Notes: generated by a model not told the origin, from the letters alone. A DNA stretch of 64,000 bases from Obrimoposthia wandeli (GCA_977020255.1 CDROCS010000546.1:62001-126000); one strand, 5' to 3'. Positions 8,251 through 19,862 are shown, numbered from the stretch's first letter. Program-made: numbers and translations.

Positions 8251-9741
8251 CTAAGATGGGAACGCGAATTGTGCACCTTCACGTACACCAGCTGAAGGCC
8301 AGCGCTGTGTGATTGTCTTACGCTTAGTGTAGAAACGAACTGAATCAGGACCGTAGGCGTGTAGGTCACCAAAGAGTGAACGCTTCCAACCGCCAAAGCT
8401 GTGGTAAGAGACGGGAACCGGTAACGGTACATTGATACCCACCATGCCCACTTTGATGTTATCACTGAAGTAACGCGCCGCTTCACCGTCACGGGTGAAG
8501 ATACAAGTACCGTTGCCGTATTCGTGATCATCAATCAACTGCATTGCTTGATCCATGCTCTCAACGCGAACAACGACAAGAACAGGACCAAAGATCTCTT
8601 CTTTGTAGCTCACCATGTCTGGCTTAACGTTATCGATCAAAGTACCGCCAACGTAGTAACCGTTAGCAAAACCTTTGACTTCAGGGTTACGACCGTCAAC
8701 AACGATAGTCGCACCGTCGTTTTCGGCGCTAGTGATGTAGCCGTTTACTTTATCTTGATGTGCTTTAGTGATTACTGGACCAAAGTCGTTGCTGCTCTCG
8801 CTGAAACAGCCGACCTTTAGATCTGCCATGCCCGCTTGTAACTTCTCAATCAACTGATCTGCTGCTTGATCGCCTACCGCTACAACACATGAAAGTGCCA
8901 TGCAACGTTCGCCAGATGAGCCGAATGCTGCACCAATTAAGGCCTGTGCCGCGTTATCCATATCCGCATCTGGCATGATGATAGCGTGGTTCTTCGCACC
9001 ACCTAATGCTTGGCAACGCTTACCGTTTGCACTGGCCGTGGTGTAAATGTACTCAGCTATTGGCGTTGAGCCAACAAAACTAACCGCAGTAATACGCTCA
9101 TCCGACAGCAAAGTATCAACGGCCACTTTGTCGCCATTAACAACGTTCATAACACCTTTAGGTAAGCCCGCTTGTTCTAATAGCTTGGCAATAAATAGCG
9201 TTGATGAAGGATCGCGCTCAGAAGGCTTAAGAATGAAACAGTTACCACAAACGATCGCCATAGGGTACATCCATAATGGCACCATTGCTGGAAAGTTAAA
9301 TGGCGTAATACCTGCAACCACACCTAAAGGCTGAAACTCGCTCCATGAATCAATATCTGGACCGACGTTTTTGCTGTGCTCGCCTTTTAATAACTGTGGC
9401 GCGTAGCATGCGTACTCTACATTCTCGATTCCGCGCTGTAGTTCGCCCAGTGCATCGTGGCAAATTTTACCGTGCTCTTCACCAATCAGACGTGTGATCT
9501 CATCGGCGTTGTCTTCGATCAACTGCTTAAACTTAAACATCACTCGGGCGCGCTTTGCGACCGGCGTATTCCGCCATGCAGGGAATGCAGCTTGTGCAGC
9601 GGCGATAGCCTCTTCAACAGTCGCCTGGCTCGCCAATGCAACTTGTTTGCTCACTTCACCGGTCGATGGATTGTAGACGTCTTGCGTGCGTTCTGTATCA
9701 GCGCGGTCTTCGCCGTTGATGTAATGTCCGATAGTCTTCAT
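8251..9741 (-). CDS. mmsA: CoA-acylating (methyl)malonate-semialdehyde dehydrogenase
   Basis: ALDH-family motifs GITPFNFPAMVP, FVGSTPIA, GGAKNH, catalytic GERCMA and EEIFGPV. Start taken at ATG 9741 after a GAGG RBS. Confidence 0.92.
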   Translation of the reverse strand: MKTIGHYINGEDRADTERTQDVYNPSTGEVSKQVALASQATVEEAIAAAQAAFPAWRNTPVAKRARVMFKFKQLIEDNADEITRLIGEEHGKICHDALGELQRGIENVEYACYAPQLLKGEHSKNVGPDIDSWSEFQPLGVVAGITPFNFPAMVPLWMYPMAIVCGNCFILKPSERDPSSTLFIAKLLEQAGLPKGVMNVVNGDKVAVDTLLSDERITAVSFVGSTPIAEYIYTTASANGKRCQALGGAKNHAIIMPDADMDNAAQALIGAAFGSSGERCMALSCVVAVGDQAADQLIEKLQAGMADLKVGCFSESSNDFGPVITKAHQDKVNGYITSAENDGATIVVDGRNPEVKGFANGYYVGGTLIDNVKPDMVSYKEEIFGPVLVVVRVESMDQAMQLIDDHEYGNGTCIFTRDGEAARYFSDNIKVGMVGINVPLPVPVSYHSFGGWKRSLFGDLHAYGPDSVRFYTKRKTITQRWPSAGVREGAQFAFPS

Positions 9742-9878
9742 GTTCAAGCCTCATTCTTAGCGCTATATAATAGTACCTTCGCGGTGCGAAGATCTTTTGA
9801 TTCAATAACAGGTATTTTATTCTAAAAAAACAATTAGTGAAACATTTGTTCCAAATATCTCACTTTGTCTGTTTCTGA

Positions 9879-11222
9879 TTAGCTCAATTCGTTTATCGAT
9901 TCGCCCAGTGCATTAATCACGTTATCTATCTCTTCGCGCTCAACAATAAAAGGCAAGCCCAATTGGATAGTATCACCGCCATAGCGTACGTAGAAACCTT
10001 TCTCCCAGCACTTCATCGCTATTTCATAAGGGCGTCGTCCAGGCTCTCCTGGATAAGACTCGATCTGTAGTGCTCCAGCCAAACCGTAGTTGCGGATATC
10101 ACTAATATATTTAGTCCCTTTAAGGCTGTGCAATGCATCTTCAAAAACCGGAGACATCTGCTTTACTCGTGGTATAAGCTGATCGTTTTTCAAAATATCT
10201 AATGAAGCCAACGCGGCTGCACAGGCAACTGGGTGTCCAGAGTACGTATAGCCGTGAGGTAGCTCCATCATGTAATCCGGACCGCCATTATCCATAAATG
10301 TCTGGTAGATTTCAGAGGTGGCAATCACTGCACCCATAGGCACCGCACCGTTGGTCAATTGCTTAGCGACATTGAGTAAATCTGGCGTCACACCAAACTC
10401 TTCGGCGCCACTGTATGATCCCATACGGCCAAAGCCAGTAATGACTTCATCAAAAATAAGTAGGATGTTGTGTTGATCACAGATCTCACGCAAGCGTTTG
10501 AGATAACCCACTGGCGGTGGAAGCACACCGGCAGAACCTGCGAGCGGCTCTACTATTACTGCGGCAATGTTCGATGCATCATGTAAAGCAATCAGTTCTA
10601 GTAACTCATCTGCTCTAAAAGCGCCCTCTTCTGGCATGCCGCGCGTAAATACGTTTTCTTTGAGTTGGGTGTGTGGCAAGTGATCACAATCGACACCTTG
10701 ACCGAAAAGAGTGCGGTTGGCACCAATTCCACCAACACTAAAGCCACCAAAGTTAACACCGTGGTAGCCCTTAGAGCGACCAATCAGTTTTGTTTTAGTC
10801 GGAACGCCTTTCTTGCGCCAATAGGCACGAGCGATTTTCAACGAAGTATCTGCAGCCTCTGAGCCTGAATCAGTGTAGAACACATAATCAAGGCTTTGTG
10901 GCATCAACTCTTTAATTCGGTTTGCTAATTCAAATGCCTTAGGGTGTCCATACTGGAATGCCGGCGCGTAATCTAGTTGCTTGAGCTGAGCGGCCACTGC
11001 CTCAGCAATCTCAGGGCGACTGTGCCCAGCGCCACAGGTCCAAAGACCTGAAAGCCCGTCAAATACTTTGCGCCCTTGAGCATCGGTCAAATAACTGCCT
11101 TTGCCTTCGACGATCATTCGTGGATCATCTTTGAACTGACGGTTAGCGGTGTAAGGCATCCAGTAAGCTTCAAGCTCAGCACGTGATAAACCCGCAGATT
11201 TTGCCGTGTTAAATTCTGTCAT
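9879..11222 (-). CDS. bauA: Omega-amino acid (beta-alanine)--pyruvate aminotransferase, class III
   Basis: DGLSGLW, FDEVITGFGR, PLP lysine in NVAKQLTNG and HGYTYSGHP. GAGG RBS before ATG 11222. Confidence 0.88.
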   Translation of the reverse strand: MTEFNTAKSAGLSRAELEAYWMPYTANRQFKDDPRMIVEGKGSYLTDAQGRKVFDGLSGLWTCGAGHSRPEIAEAVAAQLKQLDYAPAFQYGHPKAFELANRIKELMPQSLDYVFYTDSGSEAADTSLKIARAYWRKKGVPTKTKLIGRSKGYHGVNFGGFSVGGIGANRTLFGQGVDCDHLPHTQLKENVFTRGMPEEGAFRADELLELIALHDASNIAAVIVEPLAGSAGVLPPPVGYLKRLREICDQHNILLIFDEVITGFGRMGSYSGAEEFGVTPDLLNVAKQLTNGAVPMGAVIATSEIYQTFMDNGGPDYMMELPHGYTYSGHPVACAAALASLDILKNDQLIPRVKQMSPVFEDALHSLKGTKYISDIRNYGLAGALQIESYPGEPGRRPYEIAMKCWEKGFYVRYGGDTIQLGLPFIVEREEIDNVINALGESINELS

Positions 11223-11373
11223 AGCAACCTCAAATAGAGTTGGATAATTGATGACCAGCAGTGTGCGACGCAATCAAACTTTTTTAAATCTAAAATTACT
11301 TAAACTTAGTTAACCATTTACTTAACTATTGAAAATCGCTTAGGATAAATTTCCACTAACCATTGAGGTCAGC

Positions 11374-12300
11374 ATGAAAAAAACAACGACATCCAAGCGC
11401 GGCCTCTCTGGAAGATTGGCAGATACAGATATCCGTCTACTGAGAATTTATCGCACTGTGGTTGAATCCGGTGGGTTTAGCACGGCCGAAATAGAGCTCA
11501 ATATCAGCCGCGCCGCTATCAGTGTCGCCATCAGCGATCTTGAGCAACGCCTTTCCCTAAAACTATGTCAGCGTGGCCGGGCGGGATTTTCCCTTACCGA
11601 CCAAGGGGCGGAAGTCTATCAAGCGACTCTGCAATTATTTTCCGCACTGGAAGATTTTCGTACCCACGTCAACGGGATCCACCAGCAACTCAAAGGCGAG
11701 CTAAACATCGGCATTACCGATAATTTAGTGACCATGCCACGGATGAGAATCACTCGTGCGCTTGCTAATCTAAAAGAGCAAGGACCAGAGATACACATAA
11801 ATATTCGGATGATTCCCCCCGCCGACATCGAAAAAGGCGTGCTCAGCGGGCAACTACACACGGGGGTGGTTCCGGTACTCAAAGAACAGCCTGGGATTGA
11901 ATACCGCGCCCTCTACAGCGAGGAATCCCATCTGTATTGCAGCAGTACCCATCCGCTATTTATGCGCACTACCAGTGAGCTATCGCTGGAACTGATCGAA
12001 TCCTACGAAGCTGTTGTTCCAGCCTATGCTCAGTCAGCCAGTATCAAGGCTATCTATCAGCGTATGCGTGGTTCAGCTACCGCGACCGATAGAGAAGGCA
12101 TCGCTTTTCTGATTTTAACTGGCCACTACATCGGCTATCTTCCCACGCATTTTGCCGAGCGCTGGTTACTTCAAGGCAAACTTCGCGCCCTGCTTCCAGA
12201 GCAGGCGAAATATCGCACCGACATTGCCGCTATCAGCCGTAAGGGGATCACCAGCAATGCCGTACTCGATCATTATTTAAACCAATTGAGCGAAGCTTAG
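11374..12300 (+). CDS. bauR: LysR regulator, BauR-like, divergent from bauA
   Basis: LysR HTH (ESGGFSTAEIELNISRAAISVAISDLE). Same arrangement as Pseudomonas bauR/bauA. Confidence 0.75.
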   Translation: MKKTTTSKRGLSGRLADTDIRLLRIYRTVVESGGFSTAEIELNISRAAISVAISDLEQRLSLKLCQRGRAGFSLTDQGAEVYQATLQLFSALEDFRTHVNGIHQQLKGELNIGITDNLVTMPRMRITRALANLKEQGPEIHINIRMIPPADIEKGVLSGQLHTGVVPVLKEQPGIEYRALYSEESHLYCSSTHPLFMRTTSELSLELIESYEAVVPAYAQSASIKAIYQRMRGSATATDREGIAFLILTGHYIGYLPTHFAERWLLQGKLRALLPEQAKYRTDIAAISRKGITSNAVLDHYLNQLSEA

Positions 12301-12310
12301 CGCTCTTTAA

Positions 12311-12341
12311 ATCCGGTATTAACTTCCCAATACTGGATTTT
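12311..12341 (+). terminator. Probable terminator after LysR
   Basis: ATCCGGTATT/AATACTGGAT stem followed by TTT. Confidence 0.5.
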
Positions 12342-12462
12342 GATCCAGATCAAAAATCACCCCCTCAACGCTAGATCAAATAATTAGCGACGCGTTTAAA
12401 AAACCTCACTGGCTAAAATATTTACAATAATAACTTGCGATCTTTATTTTTCGGTAATAGGA

Positions 12463-12478
12463 TTTACCAAACGGTAAA
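12463..12478. promoter_or_regulatory. RutR/PydR-type operator TTTACC-AAAC-GGTAAA
   Basis: 6-bp perfect inverted repeat matching the TTkACC-N4-GGTmAA RutR consensus, upstream of pyrimidine catabolic genes. Confidence 0.7.
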
Positions 12479-12782
12479 AAATAATATTAATAAATTACGT
12501 TGCGCAAAAAGACTGTAAGCCAATGATATACAAACTTTATTTATTGGCTTATCTGCGCTTCACCCTGTGTGAGATGCCAAATGACCAATACATACGCTAT
12601 CCAGTACTGCAGCGACTTATGAACGATAAGTCTCTATTTATTCCCCGTTCTCTATTATTTTTTGCCCGTGTAGCGCCGTCAATTAGCGGAGCCAGTGACA
12701 GCAACGTCTGTTCCACGCGTCTGATCACAGCAAATTCTTTCACAGCCAAAACCACTTTGACTCAGCAAGGAGAACACCGTCA

Positions 12783-13655
12783 ATGAACAAACTTAAATGC
12801 GGCTTGATTCAAATGTCTCTCAAAGGCGATACCAGCGAATCAACAGAGTCCATTCGCGATCAAATGATTGCTGCACATATCCCTTTGATCGAAGATGCCG
12901 CCGCACAAGGCGTCCAAGTACTGTGTTTCCAAGAAGTATTTACCACTCCTTACTTCTGCCCTAGCCAAGATAAAAAATGGTATGACAGTGCAGAGCGTAT
13001 ACCTGAGGGTCATACTGTTCAGTTAATGCAAAAATACGCCAAAAAACACAACATGGTCATTGTTGTCCCTATTTACGAAGAAGACTTACCTGGTGTTTAT
13101 TACAACACTGCCGCGGTGATCGATGCCGATGGCTCATATTTGGGTAAATACCGCAAAAATCACATACCTGATACAGCGCCAGGTTTTTGGGAAAAACTCT
13201 ACTTTAAGCCCGGCAATACAGGCTACCCCGTCTTCGACACTAAGTACTGTAAGCTCGGTGTCTATATCTGTTATGACCGCCACTTTCCCGAAGGCTGGCG
13301 CGCCCTTGCTCTTAATGGTGCCGAGTACATCGTCAACCCATCTGCTACGGTGGCTGGTAAGAGTCAATACCTATGGGAGCTAGAGCAACCAGCTTCCGCT
13401 GCGGCTAACGGTGTATTTATCGGCGCGATCAACCGCGTCGGTGAAGAGGCACCCTGGAACGTCGATATGGGCAACTTCTATGGCTCGAGTTATATCGTCA
13501 ACCCTTTAGGTAAAATTGAAGCACAAGCTAGTGGTGATCAAGATGAATTACTGGTGCACGAAATTGATTTAGATATGGTGCGCGAAGTGCGCAAAGGTTG
13601 GCAGTTCTTCCGCGATCGCCGCCCAGAAAGTTACAGTGATTTAACCAAATCTTAA
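12783..13655 (+). CDS. Nitrilase-superfamily beta-ureidopropionase (N-carbamoyl-beta-alanine amidohydrolase)
   Basis: E-K-C triad (CFQE, YRKNH, ICYDRHFPE). Sits in an operon with NCS1 and dihydropyrimidinase. Confidence 0.82.
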   Translation: MNKLKCGLIQMSLKGDTSESTESIRDQMIAAHIPLIEDAAAQGVQVLCFQEVFTTPYFCPSQDKKWYDSAERIPEGHTVQLMQKYAKKHNMVIVVPIYEEDLPGVYYNTAAVIDADGSYLGKYRKNHIPDTAPGFWEKLYFKPGNTGYPVFDTKYCKLGVYICYDRHFPEGWRALALNGAEYIVNPSATVAGKSQYLWELEQPASAAANGVFIGAINRVGEEAPWNVDMGNFYGSSYIVNPLGKIEAQASGDQDELLVHEIDLDMVREVRKGWQFFRDRRPESYSDLTKS

Positions 13656-13746
13656 ACTATAGTAATTGAGCCTACTGTACGTTCGGTGTAGTGGGTTTAA
13701 CTATTAATTAAACCGTTAAAAAAATAATAAATACCGAGGAATAAGC

Positions 13747-15216
13747 ATGAGTGACAATCAATTATCCACCTCTAGTGCTGTGCAAGTCGACGAGTTCTAT
13801 GAACTCAATGTCGGCACTGACGTCAGTAGTAGCAGCCATTACAACGAAGACATTGCACCGACCAAGGTCAGCCAACGCACATGGGGCACGTTTAACGTCG
13901 CTGCGCTCTGGGTGGGCATGGCCATCTGCGTACCCACCTATACCTTAGGTGGCGTACTAACCGCCTACTTCGGTCTGTCGGTTGGTGAAGCGCTAATTAC
14001 TATTCTTGTCGCTAACCTGATCGTCTTAATCCCATTGACGTTAAACGCTTACGCTGGCACCAAGTACGGAATTCCCTTCCCTGTATTACTACGCTCCTCC
14101 TTCGGGGTGTTGGGGTCCAATATTCCCTGTTTGATTCGCGCAATGGTCGCCTGTGGCTGGTTTGGGATCCAAACGCTCTTCGGCGGTATTGCCATTCATA
14201 TCCTCTTCTCCACCTTGATCCCTGGTTGGGAAAGCTTAGGTGGTACTGGAGAAGTGATCGGCTTCTTTATGTTCTTCGTGCTGAACTTATACATTGTTAT
14301 CCGTGGCGCGGAGTCAATTAAAGTACTGGAAACGCTATCGGCGCCTCTACTGTTAGCCGTTAGTATTGGTTTGATGCTGTGGGCTATGCCACAAATCTCA
14401 CTGACAGAAATTTTAGCTGTGCCAGCCAACCGACCTGAAGGCGCTTCTTTTTGGGGATACTTCTTTGGCGGATTGACCGCTATGGTCGGATTTTGGGCCA
14501 CACTTTCGTTAAATATTCCCGATTTTAGCCGCTATGTGAAATCACAAAAGTCACAAATTGTCGGTCAGATCATTGGATTGCCAGCGACAATGTTTTTCTT
14601 TGCCGCTCTCGGTGTGATCCTAACGGCTGCTTCTACAACACTCGTTGGTGAAACTATCTCTGATCCGGTGAATTTGATCGGAAAAATTGATAGCCCAGTT
14701 TGGGTAGTCATCGCGATGATCATGATCGTTATCGCTACACTATCAACCAACACCGCAGCCAACATCGTTTCACCTACTAATGACTTTCAAAATCTAGCCC
14801 CTTCAAAAATCAACCAAACTCGTGGTGTACTGATCACAGGCGCTGTCGGTGTTTTATTAATGGGTTGGGAGCTGTTAAAGAAACTGGGACTAATTGAATC
14901 GGATACCAGTGTTGAGGCTATGTACACTAACTGGTTACTGGGATATTCAAGTTTACTTGGGCCTATCGCCGGCATCATGATTGTCGATTACTTCGTGATC
15001 AAAAAACAGCAGTTAAACTTGCCTGAACTCTATAAGACTAACGGCATCTACGCCGGCTTTAACATGCCCGGTATGATTGCATTCGCCATACCTGTAGCGC
15101 TCACTGTTTTTGCCCTAACCACCGGATCATTAAGCTGGTTCTACCAGTACGGTTGGTTTACCGGTTCTATTTTAGGCGCAATTATCTACTTTTTCATGGC
15201 ACCAAAGCCGGAATAA
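13747..15216 (+). CDS. NCS1 nucleobase:cation symporter
   Basis: About 12 TM segments. GIPFPV.LRSSFG, ACGWFGIQ, WATLSLNIPDFSRY and TNTAAN motifs. Confidence 0.92.
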   Translation: MSDNQLSTSSAVQVDEFYELNVGTDVSSSSHYNEDIAPTKVSQRTWGTFNVAALWVGMAICVPTYTLGGVLTAYFGLSVGEALITILVANLIVLIPLTLNAYAGTKYGIPFPVLLRSSFGVLGSNIPCLIRAMVACGWFGIQTLFGGIAIHILFSTLIPGWESLGGTGEVIGFFMFFVLNLYIVIRGAESIKVLETLSAPLLLAVSIGLMLWAMPQISLTEILAVPANRPEGASFWGYFFGGLTAMVGFWATLSLNIPDFSRYVKSQKSQIVGQIIGLPATMFFFAALGVILTAASTTLVGETISDPVNLIGKIDSPVWVVIAMIMIVIATLSTNTAANIVSPTNDFQNLAPSKINQTRGVLITGAVGVLLMGWELLKKLGLIESDTSVEAMYTNWLLGYSSLLGPIAGIMIVDYFVIKKQQLNLPELYKTNGIYAGFNMPGMIAFAIPVALTVFALTTGSLSWFYQYGWFTGSILGAIIYFFMAPKPE

Positions 15217-15223
15217 ATCTGTA

Positions 15224-15248
15224 AGGGCAGCACAGGCTGCCCTCTTTT
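15224..15248 (+). terminator. Stem-loop/terminator between NCS1 and hydA
   Basis: AGGGCAGC-ACAG-GCTGCCCT followed by CTTTT. Confidence 0.55.
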
Positions 15249-15281
15249 CAACGATTGACTCTAACACCTTATGTTAGCTAG

Positions 15282-16757
<1,476 letters not shown>

Positions 16758-16802
16758 GTTGAACGCCTCTCTGTAGAGAGGCATTATTAAGAGAGATTCT
16801 CG

Positions 16803-17246
16803 ATGGTTTGGCTAAGTATGCTGCTGGTCTTTTGTGCCGGTGCGATGTTACCCATGCAGGCTGGGGTAAATTCACAGTTAGCACGCAATGGTGCAGGAGC
16901 AGTTTGGGCTGCAGGAATATCATTCCTTTGTGGTACGGTCGCGCTGTTCACTATTTTCATCTTGAGCCGACAATCATGGCCCGCCATCGAACAACTAAAA
17001 GCGGCTCCGCTGTGGTCTTGGAGTGGTGGCTTTATGGGGGCATTTTTTGTCTCTTGTATGGCTTTTTTCGCACCAAAGCTTGGGGCCGCCACATTACTAG
17101 CGCTAATCATTGCAGGGCAAATGAGTGCGTCTATTACCTTAGATCATTACGGTTGGCTGGGGTTTAATGTCCAAGCGATTAACGTCGGTCGTATCGCCGG
17201 GTTAGTATTAATAGTGTTGGGTATCTTACTCATAAAGCGCTCTTAA
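16803..17246 (+). CDS. DMT-family small transporter (YdcZ/DUF606-like)
   Basis: GAMLPMQAGVNSQL, WSWSGGFMGA and GQMSASITLDHYG. Confidence 0.85.
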   Translation: MVWLSMLLVFCAGAMLPMQAGVNSQLARNGAGAVWAAGISFLCGTVALFTIFILSRQSWPAIEQLKAAPLWSWSGGFMGAFFVSCMAFFAPKLGAATLLALIIAGQMSASITLDHYGWLGFNVQAINVGRIAGLVLIVLGILLIKRS

Positions 17247-17530
17247 ACTAGTCATCATCTCAGGGAAAATCACATCGATGGTTTACTGGCTATGGCTATA
17301 AAACCAGTAAGTAACCTGAATACAGGACGCATACCAGAATCTGAAAGCCCTCGCTGCATCCATAAAAACTTGATCATAGCATCTGCCTATAGCGGTATCT
17401 TACATGGCTATTTCTCCGAGCCATTCTTCTTCAAAAATCTGCTACACTGGTAACACTCCATGTTAAAGGGGCTGTTTTCTTATGTTGCTTCTTTAATAAG
17501 TGTTATAACAGTGAATAACGGAGGTTGGCT

Positions 17531-18271
17531 ATGAATGCTTATAAACTTGCTTTTACTCCACTGCTCTTACTCGCTCTGCTCTTTATTTCGCTGCGCCCTT
17601 ATGCAGCAACCCTGGAAAATATTCTTCTACTGACTGAAGAATACCCCCCTTATAACTATGTAAATCCCCAAGGTAAACTAGACGGTATTGCGGTCAGTCT
17701 ATTGGAGCGTGCCTATCGTCAAGCGGGTATTGAATTACATAGGCCTTTAATCAGGGTTCAACCTTGGGCTAGGTCATATCGGCAAGTGCAAAAGGGTAAT
17801 AATATTTTACTTTTTTCCATGACACGTACCCCAACGAGAGAGAATCTATTCAAATGGGCGGGCCCCATCAGCAAAACTAAGGTTGTCTTAATCGCTCGAA
17901 AAGATCGTGAAATACACATCGAATCGACCAAACAGTTAGAAGGTTATGTGATAGGGGGGATTCACAATGATATTGGTATCCAGCTGGTCACTGAACTCTT
18001 AGATTACAAAGCTAATATCCTCAGTACACCGCACGCAGAATCACTGGCAAAAATGCTCCATAGAAAACGTATCGATCTTTGGGCTTATGAAGAAAATGCG
18101 GCGAAACACTTCTTCCGACGCAGTAACTTAGACCCACAAGACTACGAGTCGATTTATACATTGAGTGAATCTCAACTGTATTACGCCTTCAGCTTAAAAA
18201 CAGAGCAAAAAATAGTGGACCGCTTACAACAAGCGTTGAATAACCTAGCGCTTCAGCCGCCTAAGCCATAG
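17531..18271 (+). CDS. Periplasmic solute-binding protein (family 3-like)
   Basis: Signal peptide. TEEYPPYNY, PWARSY, LFKWAGPI and YYAFS. GGAGG RBS before ATG 17531. Confidence 0.85.
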   Translation: MNAYKLAFTPLLLLALLFISLRPYAATLENILLLTEEYPPYNYVNPQGKLDGIAVSLLERAYRQAGIELHRPLIRVQPWARSYRQVQKGNNILLFSMTRTPTRENLFKWAGPISKTKVVLIARKDREIHIESTKQLEGYVIGGIHNDIGIQLVTELLDYKANILSTPHAESLAKMLHRKRIDLWAYEENAAKHFFRRSNLDPQDYESIYTLSESQLYYAFSLKTEQKIVDRLQQALNNLALQPPKP

Positions 18272-18346
18272 ACACTTGGCTACGCTTATAGCATTTTGTT
18301 ACCCGCATAGTTAGCATGCTGTTGACTATTTAGTTGAGAACATATA

Positions 18347-18366
18347 AATTGTCATTTTTGACAATT
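18347..18366. promoter_or_regulatory. Perfect palindrome AATTGTCA-TTTT-TGACAATT
   Basis: 8-bp inverted repeat ending 15 bp upstream of the small ORF at 18381. Confidence 0.45.
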
Positions 18367-18380
18367 AACGGTATTTACTG

Positions 18381-18551
18381 ATGTCTTGGACTACTATTTT
18401 AGGCGCTCTGTTACTCTGCTGGGTGTTTTGGGATTTATTTGCTGGCAGTGTATGGCTACACCGCCAGTATTTTAGAGCCACCGACCCTTTGGCCTACTGG
18501 TGTACGTTACTGCTTTGGTGTGGCCTTGCCATTTCTTGTTTCTATTGGTAA
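18381..18551 (+). CDS. 56-aa two-helix membrane microprotein (missing from the ORF track)
   Basis: Translated by hand: MSWTTILGALLLCWVFWDLFAGSVWLHRQYFRATDPLAYWCTLLLWCGLAISCFYW*. It fills an otherwise empty gap and is Trp-rich with a hairpin pattern. Confidence 0.65.
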   Translation: MSWTTILGALLLCWVFWDLFAGSVWLHRQYFRATDPLAYWCTLLLWCGLAISCFYW

Positions 18552-18579
18552 TGCCCGCACAAAAGAAAAGTCCAAGACC

Positions 18580-19860
18580 CTAAAACAGCCCTTTACTGAA
18601 GCTAACCGCTGACCTATCCCCAGCGAGATTAAGCATGGTGCGTTGCGCTGCCGTACTGGCAATCACTTTCCCGCGGCGAATAACATACAAACGAGCAGGG
18701 CGTAACTGCAATGCCTCTACCGCACTAGTTGCCTGCAAAATGACAATATCTGCAGGCCCGCCGACTTTTATGCCGTATTGCGTTAACCCCAATACTTTTG
18801 CGCCGTTATCCGTCACCGCTGCATAGGCGTTTTTCATTGCCTCTAAGCCGGTCATCTGAGCTACGTGTAATCCCATATGAGCAACATCAAGCATGTCGTG
18901 CGTACCAAAGCTATACCAAGGATCCATTACACAGTCGTGACCAAACGCCACATTAATACCCGCCTCAAGCAGCTCTGGCACTCGGGTCATACCACGACGT
19001 TTAGGGTAGCTATCACTGCGCCCTTGCAATGTTATATTAATCAACGGATTAGCTACGACGTGTAACTGCGCTTCACGCATTAACGGTAACAGCTTGGAAA
19101 CATAATAGTTATCCATCGAATGCATTGAGGTTAAATGCGACCCTGTCACTCGCCCCTGTAAACCGTGACGAATAGTTTCTGCTGCGAGTACTTCTACATG
19201 ACGTGACATCGGGTCATCACTCTCATCACAATGCATATCGACAGGTAAACCGCGCTCTGTCGCTATTTCACACAGGCGGCGAATAGCTGCAGAGCCCTCT
19301 GCCATGGTTCGCTCGAAATGAGGAATTCCGCCGACCACATCAACTCCCATGTCTAATGCTCGCAGTAGGTTTTGCTCAGACTTGGGATAACGTAAAAAGC
19401 CGTCTTGTGGAAAGGCTACCAATTGCAGGTCTATATAATCAGCCATCTCGCGGCGCACTTCTAACAGGGCTTCCACTGCTAATAATCTATCATCACTAAT
19501 GTCAACGTGGGAGCGTATAGCCAGCGTGCCACGAGCAATAGACCAGTGACACAACTCCAATGCACGCTGTTTGATCGCCTCTACGGTCAAAGTAGGCTTC
19601 AACTCGCCCCACAGCGCGATACCTTCCAGTAGTGTTCCCGATTCATTTAACCTCGGTTGGCCCACACTTAGGGTCGAATCCATATGAAAGTGGCTGTCGA
19701 CAAAAGGGGCTGAGGCTAAATGCCCATCACCTTGTATGACTTCCTGTGCAGGGTGTTCGATATTCACACCCATGGCGGCTATGCGCCCATCTTTAACTGC
19801 TATATCAATATTTTTTTCGCCACTCACTAACGTGACATTTTTTATCAGTAAATCAAACAT
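18580..19860 (-). CDS. codA: Cytosine deaminase family amidohydrolase (possible 5-methylcytosine deaminase)
   Basis: HFHMD, GTLLEGIALW, VAFPQDG, HCDE, SHLTS and GHDCVMDPWY. Confidence 0.88.
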   Translation of the reverse strand: MFDLLIKNVTLVSGEKNIDIAVKDGRIAAMGVNIEHPAQEVIQGDGHLASAPFVDSHFHMDSTLSVGQPRLNESGTLLEGIALWGELKPTLTVEAIKQRALELCHWSIARGTLAIRSHVDISDDRLLAVEALLEVRREMADYIDLQLVAFPQDGFLRYPKSEQNLLRALDMGVDVVGGIPHFERTMAEGSAAIRRLCEIATERGLPVDMHCDESDDPMSRHVEVLAAETIRHGLQGRVTGSHLTSMHSMDNYYVSKLLPLMREAQLHVVANPLINITLQGRSDSYPKRRGMTRVPELLEAGINVAFGHDCVMDPWYSFGTHDMLDVAHMGLHVAQMTGLEAMKNAYAAVTDNGAKVLGLTQYGIKVGGPADIVILQATSAVEALQLRPARLYVIRRGKVIASTAAQRTMLNLAGDRSAVSFSKGLF

Positions 19861-19862
19861 GC

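Noticed and set aside
12340-12353. Perfect FNR consensus TTGAT-CCAG-ATCAA
   Set aside because: It overlaps the terminator of the LysR gene and is about 430 bp from the next start. There is no promoter geometry to support it, so it may be chance.
12523-12786. 87-aa ORF upstream of the ureidopropionase
   Set aside because: No RBS and no recognisable motifs. Treated as leader sequence.
18351-18362. GTCATTTTTGAC resembling the NorR site at 46136
   Set aside because: Spacing is GT-N8-AC rather than N7, it is a single site, and no sigma54 promoter is visible.
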